64,000 nt of DNA from Pseudobdellovibrionaceae bacterium. GTDB taxonomy: Bacteria > Bdellovibrionota > Bdellovibrionia > Bdellovibrionales > Bdellovibrionaceae. The stretch spans positions 64,001-128,000 of the forward strand of contig JBDHWW010000003.1 of assembly GCA_039810425.1 (NCBI GenBank), written 5' to 3'. Of the stretch, positions 37,162 to 47,690 are shown piece by piece; the first letter of the stretch is position 1, and each line of letters opens with the position of its first letter. The position numbers and the translations under genes are program-made. The notes beneath the pieces are model-generated. The model had not been told where the DNA came from and made no database searches. It saw only the letters and a program-made list of their open reading frames with translations.

Positions 37162-37647
37162 ATGACGATGAACCCCCTACCACCTCAGGCATATACCAAG
37201 GACACGCTGACAAAAGCCTACATGTGGCTTGTGCATCAGAGTGACGCTATCAAGGAGCTCGCGACGACTCCTGATATTTTGGTCAGTCTTTTTCTCAAGG
37301 CGCAACGGAACGGGGATGAAGCCCTGGAGACTCCGAGCATCCAAAATTTCAAAAAAGAGCTTAAAAGTTTAGCAGGTATGATGGGCGAACTCGACGGTGG
37401 CAAACCTGCGCCCGCCGTTTTTACCCAGCCTCCGCCCCAAACCGCTCCGCAGGTTGTCGTTCAACAAACTAAACAGGTAAATATCCAGAATAATCATATG
37501 CCTATGGATCTGGCTGGACAGATGGATGCAAAAAGCCGCGCGATGATTGCCGAAGTCCGCGAACAGTTAAATTTGAGTTCAGACCTCGAAGTCATCCGCC
37601 TTTTGGTCTCATTGGGCTATCACAAAGCCAAAAACCTCTATTCTTAA
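37162..37647 (+). CDS. Hypothetical cytoplasmic protein
   Basis: 161-aa ORF with two helical domains joined by a Pro/Gln linker. Confidence 0.65.
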   Translation: MTMNPLPPQAYTKDTLTKAYMWLVHQSDAIKELATTPDILVSLFLKAQRNGDEALETPSIQNFKKELKSLAGMMGELDGGKPAPAVFTQPPPQTAPQVVVQQTKQVNIQNNHMPMDLAGQMDAKSRAMIAEVREQLNLSSDLEVIRLLVSLGYHKAKNLYS

Positions 37648-37777
37648 GAGGATTCATCCCGACGAAGCTTGGGCGAGGAGATGACCGTCTGCTTCCAATA
37701 CAAAAACTCCAGTCAAATGGCTTAAATATTTAGCATTTTTCGAATATACTGGCCCCTTCAATTTCGAGGAGGCCCTG

Positions 37778-40558
37778 GTGTCTAGCACACTTCCTGACTA
37801 CAAATCCACAGTGCGATTGCCGCAAACTGATTTTCCGATGAAGGGAAACCTTCCGACGAAAGAGCCTGAAATTCTAAAGCAGTGGGATGACAAAAAGATT
37901 TATCAAAAGATGTCGACGAAAAACGCCGGCAAAAAACCTTTTGTGTTTCCGGATGGTCCTCCTTACGCCAACGGTTCGATCCACTTAGGTCATGCACTTA
38001 ATAAAAATTTGAAAGACATCATCGTTAAATACAAAAACATGAAAGGCCAACCGACTGTCTTTATTCCCGGTTGGGACTGTCATGGCTTGCCTATCGAACA
38101 CAAAGTTTTGAAAGACTTGTCCGCGAAGAAGGTCTCAAAGACTGATCAAGAGATCATGGCTCTTTGCCGTGCGGAAGCTCAGCATTGGGTGAATCACCAA
38201 CGCACGCAATTCCGCCGCTTAGGTATCTTGGCAGATTGGGAAAATCCTTATCTCACGATGTCCGCGGACTACGAAGCTGAAGAGGTTCGTGAGTTTGCGC
38301 GCGCTTATAAAAACGGTGATATCTATCGCGGTGAAAAACCGGTTTATTGGAACTGGACTCTGAAAACCGCTTTGGCGGAGGCCGAAGTGGAATATCACAA
38401 CCACAAGAGTCCGTCGATCTATGTGAAGTTCAACATCTCTGACAAAATGACCTTGGAAAAGCTCGGCAACCCGGGCAAACCCACCAGCATGGTGATCTGG
38501 ACAACGACCCCTTGGACCCTTCCTGCGAATTTGGGTATCTCTTTGCATCCTGATTTTGAGTACAGCGTTTTCGACGCGGGCTCTGAGAACCTTGTTATCG
38601 CCAAACCGCTCAAAGAATTCTTTGAGAAGGATACGGGCGTGACTTTGAAAGAAGGCAAGACCGTTAAAGGAAAAGACCTCGAGTTCGGTAAAGCTCGTCA
38701 TCCATTTATGGATCGCGATTCATTGATCATCCTTGGCGAGCACGTGACCGCGGATGCCGGTACTGGCGCCGTGCACACAGCTCCGGGCCATGGTGTGGAC
38801 GACTTTAACGTCGGTGCTCGTTACAAACTCGGTGTTTTGAATCCAGTGAACGATGCCGGCGCTTACACAGAGGAAGTGCCTGAATTCCAAGGCATGAACA
38901 TCTTTAAAGCAAATCCTTTGATCGTAGAAAAGTTGCGCAACTCAGGCCACTTGATCGCGATGAAAGAAATCGAGCATAGCTATCCTCACTGCTGGAGAAC
39001 AAAGACGCCGTTGATCTTTAGAACGACACCGCAATGGTTCATGGGTTTGGATTTGGAACATTCTCAAATCCGCAGGAAAACCATGAAAGAAATCGAAAAA
39101 GTTCAGTTTATCCCTGAGTGGGGCCGCGCGCGCTTCCAAGCTATGATGGAAAACCGTCCTGACTGGTGCGTGAGCCGTCAACGTATCTGGGGTGTACCAA
39201 TCCCGATTCTGATGTGTAAAGCCACTGGTGAACCGTTTGCTGATTACGATGTGATGATGAAAGTTGCTGATATCATTGAAAAACAAGGTGGTATCGAGGC
39301 TTACTATCGTGTGCCGGCTGACGAAATCGTTGGCACGGCTTGGCAGAAATCTCCGCAAGCAAAAAGCGATTCTAAATTCGGCTCTGAAGGCTTCCGCCAT
39401 GGTCGCGATATCTTAGACGTATGGTTCGACTCTGGCATCTGTCACGCGGCTGTACAAAAACGCCGTGAAGGCATGGCTTTTCCCGCGGATATTTACCTTG
39501 AAGGCAGTGACCAGCATCGTGGCTGGTTCAATACTTCGATGTTGTCCTCCATGGCGACTAACGGTCAGTCTCCTTACAAAGCGTTGTTGACCCATGGTTT
39601 CGTGGTGGATTCACAAGGCCGCAAGCAAAGTAAATCTTTGGGCAACGTGATCGATCCGAACGAAGTATCCGCGAAGTCCGGTGCGGAGATCATCCGTCTT
39701 TGGACTGCGTACGAAGATTACGGCAAAGACGTCAGTTGCGGCAAAGAAGAGCTCGATCGCGTGACTGAGACTTACCGCCGCATCCGCAACACCATGAGAT
39801 TCTTGTTGGGCGCAGTGTCTGACTTTGATCCGGCGAAAGACATGATGGATTATGAGAAACTCACGGCGATCGACCAATGGGCGTTGCATGAACTTTATGA
39901 ACTGACGGAGAAAGTAACTCAAGCGTACGACTCTTACGAATTCTACAAAGTTTATCACTTGCTCAATAACTTCTTTACGGTGGATTTGTCCGCGACGTAC
40001 TTGGACGTGTTGAAAGACCGCCTGTACACCTGGAAGGCCGATGGAGTTCCCCGCCGCGGTTCTCAGACGGTGTTATTCTTGACCACGGACTACCTCGTGC
40101 GCATGATGGCTCCGATCCTTTCATTCCTATCCGAAGAAGTTTATGGCTATGTCAAAGGGACTAAAGCGGAGAGTGTTTTCTTGTTGGAGTTCCCGGAAGC
40201 TCCGATGAAATGGAACAACCCGTCCCTAAATCAAAAATTTACGGGCTTGCTCAAAGTTCGTGGCGATGTGCAGAAGGTTCTTGAAAACCTCCGCGCACAA
40301 AAAGTCATTGGCGCGAGCCTAGAGGCATCCGTGACTATTAAGGCGGAAGGCGATCTTTTAAAAGACCTAAAGGGCTTTAAGGATTTGCGTGAATTCCTGA
40401 TTGTCTCTAAAGTAGATGTAGTCATGGGTTCTTACGAAGTTTTGGCGGAGAAGGCTCCTGGCGAAAAATGCGTGCGTTGTTGGACTTACTCGACTGAAAT
40501 CAGTCAGGTTCCAGCAACTCTCGGTATCTGTCCTAAATGCGTTGAGGCACTAACATGA
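37778..40558 (+). CDS. ileS: Isoleucine--tRNA ligase
   Basis: DGPPYANG.HLGH, GWDCHGLP, WTTTPWTLP, EGSDQHRGWF, KQSKS, C-terminal zinc finger. Confidence 0.98.
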   Translation: MSSTLPDYKSTVRLPQTDFPMKGNLPTKEPEILKQWDDKKIYQKMSTKNAGKKPFVFPDGPPYANGSIHLGHALNKNLKDIIVKYKNMKGQPTVFIPGWDCHGLPIEHKVLKDLSAKKVSKTDQEIMALCRAEAQHWVNHQRTQFRRLGILADWENPYLTMSADYEAEEVREFARAYKNGDIYRGEKPVYWNWTLKTALAEAEVEYHNHKSPSIYVKFNISDKMTLEKLGNPGKPTSMVIWTTTPWTLPANLGISLHPDFEYSVFDAGSENLVIAKPLKEFFEKDTGVTLKEGKTVKGKDLEFGKARHPFMDRDSLIILGEHVTADAGTGAVHTAPGHGVDDFNVGARYKLGVLNPVNDAGAYTEEVPEFQGMNIFKANPLIVEKLRNSGHLIAMKEIEHSYPHCWRTKTPLIFRTTPQWFMGLDLEHSQIRRKTMKEIEKVQFIPEWGRARFQAMMENRPDWCVSRQRIWGVPIPILMCKATGEPFADYDVMMKVADIIEKQGGIEAYYRVPADEIVGTAWQKSPQAKSDSKFGSEGFRHGRDILDVWFDSGICHAAVQKRREGMAFPADIYLEGSDQHRGWFNTSMLSSMATNGQSPYKALLTHGFVVDSQGRKQSKSLGNVIDPNEVSAKSGAEIIRLWTAYEDYGKDVSCGKEELDRVTETYRRIRNTMRFLLGAVSDFDPAKDMMDYEKLTAIDQWALHELYELTEKVTQAYDSYEFYKVYHLLNNFFTVDLSATYLDVLKDRLYTWKADGVPRRGSQTVLFLTTDYLVRMMAPILSFLSEEVYGYVKGTKAESVFLLEFPEAPMKWNNPSLNQKFTGLLKVRGDVQKVLENLRAQKVIGASLEASVTIKAEGDLLKDLKGFKDLREFLIVSKVDVVMGSYEVLAEKAPGEKCVRCWTYSTEISQVPATLGICPKCVEALT

Positions 40559-41070
40559 TGAAGAAGAAGTATTTGTATCTAGCCGTTATTACCGGACTCC
40601 TCGTTGCCGCTGACCAGTTGGTGAAAATGTATATCCATACACAATTCCACCTGGGCGAATCCCTCGTGGTGATTCCGAACTTCTTTAACCTGACTTACGT
40701 GCGCAACTTCGGCGCGGCTTTCGGATTCTTGGCTGAGAGCCACCCGGCATTCCGCGCAGCTTTCTTCTTGGCGATGCCGCCGATTGCTTTAGTGATTATC
40801 CTGATGATCCTGCGTGGGGTGAAAGACAACGACACAAAACAGATCATCGCCTTGTCTGCGATTTTCGGTGGTGCAATCGGTAACTATGTAGACCGTTTAC
40901 GTTTCCGGTACGTGATCGACTTCTTGGATTTCCACCTGAACAACAAGTACAGCTGGCCGGCATTCAATATCGCCGATAGTGCGATTGTCTGCGGAGTTGG
41001 CCTATTGCTGTTTATGATGGTCATGGAGGCACGGCAGAAGAAATCCCAAGAAAACGCCGCGAAAGCTTAA
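40555..41070 (+). CDS. lspA: Lipoprotein signal peptidase II
   Basis: DQLVK, NFGAAFG, GNYVDR, VIDF, FNIAD; coupled to ileS. Confidence 0.97.
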   Translation: MMKKKYLYLAVITGLLVAADQLVKMYIHTQFHLGESLVVIPNFFNLTYVRNFGAAFGFLAESHPAFRAAFFLAMPPIALVIILMILRGVKDNDTKQIIALSAIFGGAIGNYVDRLRFRYVIDFLDFHLNNKYSWPAFNIADSAIVCGVGLLLFMMVMEARQKKSQENAAKA

Positions 41071-42506
41071 ATGAAGAAGTAGTGGAAAGACGGCTTGTGT
41101 TCTTTACGGCCGGCCTCGATGTTGAAAAGGCTGATCACTTCAGTTTTGACACCTTTTTTGACATTGAAGATTGTTAAGTCTGAATTCTCGATAATTTGGT
41201 GGAGGCCGCGACCCGCCCCGCCCTTATTGGTATTTAGGGATCCCGCTTTACCTTGGTAGCAGCTCTCAAGGTAACTGATGATGATGTCCTTTGTAAGAGC
41301 ACCGAACGGATCTTCGACTGAAACTGCGATCATTGTGCCATCGAAAGCGTAACGAAGATTGGGTTCCTGGCCCGTCACGAGATTCACTTCTGTTTTCCTT
41401 GGCAAGTGATTGAAGAGTGCCTGACCCTTGTCGTCTGTTGGTGCATCGTAAATTGCGTTCATCAGCATTTCTTCGGCAACCAAGTAAACCCGGTCCAAAA
41501 TGGACGAACGGATGCCACTTTTTTTGAAATGCGCCACCATATCGTCTTTCAGGCTATCGCGGTCTTTGCTGGCTTTGACGCACTTCAACTGAACGTCGGC
41601 CCCCCAAGAAAGATACTTTTCAATACCGAAGATATTCTTATTTAGGACCTTCGTGAGGGTCGTCAAAAGGCTGCGCACCGTAAAGCTGCGATCTTCCGGA
41701 TCACGAGACATGATATTGTCGACAAAAGGAAGACCCTTCATGGTTTCTAAGTTTTCAGTGACATTAGGATTCGTTAACAAAACCAAATGCGAGCTGACTT
41801 TGTCTTTATGAGCTTGAACGAGGATATCCAAGAAAGCTTCTTCGCAGAGAATCACATCGTATTTGCGCTCTTGAATGAAGTTTTGCGCTTCCTCTTTATT
41901 ATTTGCGATATCCAACCGGACACCGGTTCCACCGACGGCCATACGGGCTACAACTTGCTGTTTTTTATCGGACTCAACAAGAAGAACGTGTTTGTCACCG
42001 ACGGCTTGGAGGTCCGCCTGCACGCGCTGAAGCTCGCGATTCGCGATCTCAAACAGGCGCGCTTTTTCATTGGTCCTCATTAGACGTTCAGCGAGAATAG
42101 AAGAATAAAGACGATAGAGAAGAGCATCAAAGTGGTCTCGGTCCTTAGGGTGGACATGGTCAAAGTCTGAAGCTTGAACCGTGAAGCACTCCACGTCATT
42201 CGCCGCGCGCACGGAGGTCGTCGTCGGATTTTCACTGATCACACTCATTTCCCCGATCACTTCGCCGACCTGGTCCAGTTCCGCGACGACTTCACCTGAT
42301 AAAATGATTTCAACTTTGCCCGAGCGGAGGAAGTAAAGAGACTGGTTCGGTTGGCCCTGACGGAGAATGAACTCGCCTTTTTTAAAAGATTTTCCAGTCA
42401 TCATGGTAGATACTTGCAAAAGCAGATCCTCGCTGAAGCTTTTGAAGAAAGCGAACTGTTTAATTTCTCGCGCGACTTCCGCGGGATGTAATCTCATAGA
42501 AATCAT
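41067..42506 (-). CDS. Cyclic-nucleotide-binding signalling protein with REC-like and HATPase-like domains
   Basis: cNMP GEVIGEMS; LLVESD...YDVILCE REC-like region; EEMLMNAIYDAP...DPFG...GAGRGL ATPase lid. Confidence 0.7.
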   Translation of the reverse strand: MISMRLHPAEVAREIKQFAFFKSFSEDLLLQVSTMMTGKSFKKGEFILRQGQPNQSLYFLRSGKVEIILSGEVVAELDQVGEVIGEMSVISENPTTTSVRAANDVECFTVQASDFDHVHPKDRDHFDALLYRLYSSILAERLMRTNEKARLFEIANRELQRVQADLQAVGDKHVLLVESDKKQQVVARMAVGGTGVRLDIANNKEEAQNFIQERKYDVILCEEAFLDILVQAHKDKVSSHLVLLTNPNVTENLETMKGLPFVDNIMSRDPEDRSFTVRSLLTTLTKVLNKNIFGIEKYLSWGADVQLKCVKASKDRDSLKDDMVAHFKKSGIRSSILDRVYLVAEEMLMNAIYDAPTDDKGQALFNHLPRKTEVNLVTGQEPNLRYAFDGTMIAVSVEDPFGALTKDIIISYLESCYQGKAGSLNTNKGGAGRGLHQIIENSDLTIFNVKKGVKTEVISLFNIEAGRKEHKPSFHYFFI

Positions 42507-42597
42507 TATGAATTTTGATTTCTGGGTTGACTAGTTTGCGCTTGAATAATTTTGGAATTGTTTGAAAATTAAGTCCTAGGTCTATCAAGGAGTAAAT

Positions 42598-43368
42598 TTG
42601 TATCCTTCAATTCACTTAGCCGAAGGTCTAGATATTCCAACGTACTTTCTGGTTATCAGTCTGGTCGTCTCGTCCGGGCTTTTCTGGATCGTTCGCCGTA
42701 GCGAGATCTACGGCCTTTCTAAGAAGAATACTTTAGACTTGAGTTTATTGCTCATGCTGTCCGCGTTGTTGGGTGCGCGGGCCTTTCATGTCATTTACGA
42801 GAACTTCGATTTTTACCGTCAATATCCTGTCCGCATTTTCTATCTCTGGGAAGGCGGTTTTGTATTCTATGGTGGTATGATCTTTGCTTTTATCGCGACC
42901 TTTATATATCTTCATCTTATTCATGCGCCCCAAAAAGGCGATTACTTCGATGCTTTTGCCCCGGTCCTGTCCTTCACCTACGGATTTGGCCGCATCGGCT
43001 GCTTCATGGCCGGCTGCTGCTACGGAACAAGCTGCGATCTTCCATGGGCCGTCGCTCATCGCCATCCGACGCAGCTTTATGCCACTTTCTGGGAAATCGG
43101 CGTGATCTTACTCTTATTGGGTCTTGAAAAAAAACCTCGCAACGAACGCCTGAAGGCGCTTTCCCGCCCAGGCGATTTATTCATCTTGTGGTTGTTCTTG
43201 CATGCGATCGGCAGAATCCTGATGGAGCACTATCGCGAAGACTTCCGCGGCGAACAGATTTTGGGTCTGTCGGTCTCCACGGTCTTCAGCTTTGGCTTAT
43301 TGCTCGTCTCAGTGATTCTCTTAGGCGGCTTTGCGAGACGCCGGAGCTTTCCTTTTTTCAGAAAGTGA
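42598..43368 (+). CDS. lgt: Prolipoprotein diacylglyceryl transferase
   Basis: GARAFHV, WEGGFVFYGG, GRIGCFMAGCCYG, HPTQLY. Confidence 0.9.
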   Translation: MYPSIHLAEGLDIPTYFLVISLVVSSGLFWIVRRSEIYGLSKKNTLDLSLLLMLSALLGARAFHVIYENFDFYRQYPVRIFYLWEGGFVFYGGMIFAFIATFIYLHLIHAPQKGDYFDAFAPVLSFTYGFGRIGCFMAGCCYGTSCDLPWAVAHRHPTQLYATFWEIGVILLLLGLEKKPRNERLKALSRPGDLFILWLFLHAIGRILMEHYREDFRGEQILGLSVSTVFSFGLLLVSVILLGGFARRRSFPFFRK

Positions 43369-44859
43369 CGGAACCTCCACGCCGGACGCAGCGCTCTGAG
43401 TCGTGCCACCCAAAACAATTGTATTTAAAAGTACGACCGCATTCTGCATTTGCTTTGCTTGAGCGGCGATTTCCTCCGCAGTTCCGGCGATCTCTTCCGA
43501 CGATGCCGCGTTAGACTGCGAGGACTGATCCAGGGTATTCATCGCTTTATTGATTTGAACTATACCGCCGCTTTGCTCTTGGCTGCTCATGGAAATCTCT
43601 TGATTCAAATCGGCGACCTTCTTAACGGAAACAACGATCTTGGAAAGAACTTCGCCGGAACGATCAGCGATCGCTGTGCCATTTTCAATTTTACTGACGC
43701 TTTCCTTAATAAGACCCGTGATGTCTTTTGCCGCCTCGGCACTCTTATGGGCCAAAGTTCTGACGGCATCTGCGACAACCGCAAAGCCCTTGCCTTGTTC
43801 ACCCGCACGGGCGGCTTCAACCGAGGCATTCAAAGCCAACAAGTTTGTTTGAAATGCAATGTCCTCAATCACTATAATAATCTCTTCGATTTTCTTAGAA
43901 GACTCCGAGATGTCATGCATGGAGGAAATCAGCGACTGGATTTCTTTTTCACCTTCTTGCGCTGAAGCGCTTGAAGTCTGTGACAATGCCGAGGCTTGGC
44001 TTGCATGATCTGATGCTAATTTAATCATGCTGGTCATTTCTTCGAGCGAGGCGGCGGTTTCTTCCAAAGAGACGGCGGTTTCCACAGAGGCTTGCGATAA
44101 GCCGCTCCCCGCTTCAGAAAGCTGATTAATGGCTCGAGAAATTTCCTGGCCGGATGTTTCAAGGATTTTGGCCGTTCCACCAATGGCGGATGAAACACGA
44201 TGTGCAATGACGGCCATCATCGTGAATAGCAGCAAACAAGAGATCGCGCCCACACCGACTATTAATTGTGTCACTCGGGTCGTAAGTTCCTTCTGCTTGA
44301 CATTTTTCTCATCCGACATCGTTTGGTAATGCTTGATGTTTTTCTCGATGGATTTACGGAACTCAATCGACATCTTATGCCAAGGACCGTAGTCGATCAA
44401 AGTACGCGCCTGCGCCTGCGCCTCAGGAGTCTCAATGCCCAGTTTTGTAATCATCTCCTGAGTCGTGTCTATAAACTCTTTCTTATGCGCGGCCACATAG
44501 GAGTAGTTTTCCGTCTCTTGATCGTCGAAAGCACCGGATTCGTATTTAGTTTGGACTTCTTTAAACTCGTCCAAGGCGGCTTGGGCCTTACTAATGAACT
44601 CTTTTTTCCTTGTCGCATCAGTTGCGCCAATCGCCGCCCAGCTGAAGTAACCGACACTCGCACGGAGCGTCGTCATACGGCCGAGTTCATCCATCGTAGG
44701 CACCACGTCAGTATAGGCGTCACTCAGCATATAACTAACTTCAACTAAGCCCTTATAAGAACCGCCAACAACAATGACGAAAGCAATGACCGGCAGAAAC
44801 GCCGTGACTAACAGTTTGCCTTTAAGGCTACGAAACCAAGAAGTATTCAAAGTATTCAT
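43321..44859 (-). CDS. Methyl-accepting chemotaxis protein
   Basis: Two TM helices, four-helix-bundle sensor, IAFQTNLLALNASVEAARAGEQGKGFAVVA. Confidence 0.95.
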   Translation of the reverse strand: MNTLNTSWFRSLKGKLLVTAFLPVIAFVIVVGGSYKGLVEVSYMLSDAYTDVVPTMDELGRMTTLRASVGYFSWAAIGATDATRKKEFISKAQAALDEFKEVQTKYESGAFDDQETENYSYVAAHKKEFIDTTQEMITKLGIETPEAQAQARTLIDYGPWHKMSIEFRKSIEKNIKHYQTMSDEKNVKQKELTTRVTQLIVGVGAISCLLLFTMMAVIAHRVSSAIGGTAKILETSGQEISRAINQLSEAGSGLSQASVETAVSLEETAASLEEMTSMIKLASDHASQASALSQTSSASAQEGEKEIQSLISSMHDISESSKKIEEIIIVIEDIAFQTNLLALNASVEAARAGEQGKGFAVVADAVRTLAHKSAEAAKDITGLIKESVSKIENGTAIADRSGEVLSKIVVSVKKVADLNQEISMSSQEQSGGIVQINKAMNTLDQSSQSNAASSEEIAGTAEEIAAQAKQMQNAVVLLNTIVLGGTTQSAASGVEVPSLSEKRKAPASRKAA

Positions 44860-44883
44860 GATGGATTCTCCAATTCACTTTAT

Positions 44884-44910
44884 GGATCGGCACAGTATGT
44901 AATTTCTTGA
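44884..44910 (-). promoter_or_regulatory. Sigma28 (FliA)-like promoter of the MCP gene
   Basis: Minus strand TCAA-N15-GCCGATCC, compared with consensus TAAA-N15-GCCGATAA. Confidence 0.65.
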
Positions 44911-44944
44911 TTAAAAACCGGTCAAATAAGACCCTCATTAATCT

Positions 44945-47011
44945 ATGAAAACAACATCGTATGGAAATCCGCCCAAAGCCTCAAAATATCCTCAAACATT
45001 CAACCACCATGGCGATCAGCGTGTAGACCCTTATTTCTGGCTCAAGGACGTCAAGCACCCGGAAACAAAACCTTATTTAACGGCCGAGAACGCTCATACT
45101 GAGGCATTCTTCGCGGACCACAAAGACCTTGAAAATAAATTGTATGAAGAAATGAAAGCGCGAATCGCCAAAGATGATTCTTCACCGCCGGCAAAGAGTG
45201 ACGACTATTATTACTACACCCGCACGGAAGGTGATAAGGAACAGGCTATTTACTGCCGTCGTAAAGGGTCGCCAACCGGCTCTGAAGAGATCGTTCTGGA
45301 CTGCAATGAATTAGCGGCGGGCCACAAAAGTTTTTCTCTGGGAATCTATAATGTCAGCCAAAACCACGAAGTTTTGGCTTACGCATCGGACACCGACGGC
45401 GCCGAGATTTACACTCTTTATTTTAAAGATCTCCAGAGTGGAACGCTTTATCCTGAAGTGCTTAAGAAGATCTATTACAGCAGCGCCTGGGCGAATGATC
45501 ATAAAACTTTCTACTACGTCACTCAGGATGAAAACCAACGCCCTGATAAGCTCTGGCGCCACACGCTCGGCACGCCGGTGGAGCAGGATGAAGTCTTATT
45601 TGAGGAAAAAGACAATCAGTACTTTATCTCGTGCGAACTCTCGGAGAATGAGGAGTACGTTTTTCTCAATCGTCAAAGCCATGCGACGTCTGAGTTTTAT
45701 TTCTTGTCCGCGAAAGATCCGAAAGCATCTTTGCAATTGTTCTCGAAACTTGAAGAAAAGGTCGAGTACGATATCACTCACCGCGGAAATTATTTCTACA
45801 TCATGACGAATAAAAATGCGCAGACCTTCAAGCTCTGTCGCACGCCCGTAGGCAGGACTTCCAGCGAAAATTGGGAGACCCTCATTGAACCGACTCCCGA
45901 ACGCACTTTGAGGTCCATTGCCGCATTTCAGGATTTCATGATCGTTTCCGCAACTGAACAAGCCCTGCAGACTTTGTACAAGTTTAATTACGAGACTTTT
46001 AAAATGGAGCCCATCGAATTTCCAGATCCGATTTATCAAGTCGGTCTTGGTTCGAACCTCGAGTTTGCAACAGACTGGGTCCGACTGAACTACAGCTCGT
46101 TGGTACAACCTAATCAGACTTACGATCTGAATATGAAAACCAAAGAGAAAATCGTGCGCAAAGTTCAAAACATCCCATCCGGCTATAATGCGGACGAGTA
46201 CAGTTCAGAACGCGTGTGGGCGACTTCTCACGACGGGATCAAGGTTCCCGTGTCTTTGGTTTACAAAAAATCACTTCGCAAGCAAGGTCCTCAACCAATG
46301 TTGCTGTATGCGTATGGCTCTTACGGCTATTCGATGCCGACGGCGTTTAACGCACAAAAAATCAGTCTGTTGGATCGTGGCTATATCTACGCCATCGCCC
46401 ACATTCGTGGCGGCGCGGATATGGGGCGCCAATGGTACGAAGAAGGAAAGTTCTTGAAAAAGAAAAACACCTTCTTGGATTTTATCTCGAGCGCCGAGTA
46501 TCTGATTCAACATAAATATGCAGAGCCAAAAACGCTTTCGATTATGGGCGGTAGCGCCGGCGGCATGTTGATGGGCGCTGTGGTGAATATGCGCCCGGAA
46601 CTTTTCAATGCCTCTTTGGCGATTGTTCCATTCGTAGATGTTCTGAACACGATGCTCGATGCGTCCTTGCCCCTGACGCAAATGGAGTACCAGGAGTGGG
46701 GAAATCCTGAGACTTCGAAAGAGTACTATGACTACATCAAGAGCTATTCGCCTTATGACAACGTGAAGGCCCAGAACTATCCTAATATATACATCAAAGC
46801 CGGTCTTAATGATCCACGTGTGACTTATTGGGAACCGGCAAAATGGTGTGCAAAATTGCGTGAGACAAAAACAGACCATAATGTTTTGCTTCTAGAAACG
46901 GATATGCAATCAGGGCATGCCGGAGCTTCTGGGCGATTTGAGTATCTGAAGGAAATTGCCCGTCAGTATACTTTTATTTTGGCAACCAGCACACCGGAGC
47001 TCTGCAAGTAG
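44945..47011 (+). CDS. ptrB: Oligopeptidase B (S9A)
   Basis: DPYFWL, GGSAGG, VPFVDV, DPRVTYWEPAKW, GH catalytic triad. Confidence 0.95.
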   Translation: MKTTSYGNPPKASKYPQTFNHHGDQRVDPYFWLKDVKHPETKPYLTAENAHTEAFFADHKDLENKLYEEMKARIAKDDSSPPAKSDDYYYYTRTEGDKEQAIYCRRKGSPTGSEEIVLDCNELAAGHKSFSLGIYNVSQNHEVLAYASDTDGAEIYTLYFKDLQSGTLYPEVLKKIYYSSAWANDHKTFYYVTQDENQRPDKLWRHTLGTPVEQDEVLFEEKDNQYFISCELSENEEYVFLNRQSHATSEFYFLSAKDPKASLQLFSKLEEKVEYDITHRGNYFYIMTNKNAQTFKLCRTPVGRTSSENWETLIEPTPERTLRSIAAFQDFMIVSATEQALQTLYKFNYETFKMEPIEFPDPIYQVGLGSNLEFATDWVRLNYSSLVQPNQTYDLNMKTKEKIVRKVQNIPSGYNADEYSSERVWATSHDGIKVPVSLVYKKSLRKQGPQPMLLYAYGSYGYSMPTAFNAQKISLLDRGYIYAIAHIRGGADMGRQWYEEGKFLKKKNTFLDFISSAEYLIQHKYAEPKTLSIMGGSAGGMLMGAVVNMRPELFNASLAIVPFVDVLNTMLDASLPLTQMEYQEWGNPETSKEYYDYIKSYSPYDNVKAQNYPNIYIKAGLNDPRVTYWEPAKWCAKLRETKTDHNVLLLETDMQSGHAGASGRFEYLKEIARQYTFILATSTPELCK

Positions 47012-47690
47012 CTTCGGTCAGGCAAGCTGCCCCAGCTTTGAAGGTGTCTAACCGGCACTGATCGCTGGGATAAGAGTGGCGATTTAATTCTATCGCGACT
47101 TCGGGCGCAGTTTTCTCAAGAGAAACTGAAACTTGGTCCGGGGTCGCGTACTTCTGGGAAATTAGAAAAAAGCCCAAAGCCGCCAGCTCGATTTTTTGTT
47201 TGAGTTGCACGTTTGTCAGCCTAGGCTGCAGCATTTGGAAATAGCGGGGCAAACATTTCGATGCCGCAAAAAAATCAGACTGCCCTTCGACCGAAGTCCA
47301 CTCGGCATCTATGACGTCTTGGTAAGGTGCTCCGCCGATAACGTGACCGATCTCGTGGCACATCACTGCTGCTAAAATATCTTCTGTCATTTCAGGATTT
47401 CGAATCATTCCACCAAAAACTTTGATCGCGATCACAGGCCCTGCTTCTTCGACAACGCCTGCTCCAAAATACGGCATTTCCCACAGAACTTGAATCATCA
47501 TCGGCTTTTGCGTCTTTTGAAAGGCTTCGACAAAATAGAGCCGGATTAAGTCCGCCGAGATTTTTTCAGCATTGGCTTGAGTCACAGGCCCCACATTGGC
47601 GGCATCTACTGGAATGCTAAAGTACTCCGCCGCACTCGCTGAGGTAAAACTGAAAACCAGCACAATAAGCATGAAGAGTGTTTTTAACAT
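46974..47690 (-). CDS. Secreted zinc metalloprotease (M48-like); start moved to ATG 47690
   Basis: Signal peptide MLKTLFML...ASA; CHEIGH (HExxH), EGQSDFFA, YPSDQCR. Confidence 0.75.
   Translation of the reverse strand: MLKTLFMLIVLVFSFTSASAAEYFSIPVDAANVGPVTQANAEKISADLIRLYFVEAFQKTQKPMMIQVLWEMPYFGAGVVEEAGPVIAIKVFGGMIRNPEMTEDILAAVMCHEIGHVIGGAPYQDVIDAEWTSVEGQSDFFAASKCLPRYFQMLQPRLTNVQLKQKIELAALGFFLISQKYATPDQVSVSLEKTAPEVAIELNRHSYPSDQCRLDTFKAGAACLTEATCRAPVCWLPK

Noticed and set aside
44945..47011. Oligopeptidase B as the RiPP leader peptidase
   Set aside because: Common housekeeping peptidase, about 9 kb from the operon with unrelated genes between; no evidence of linkage
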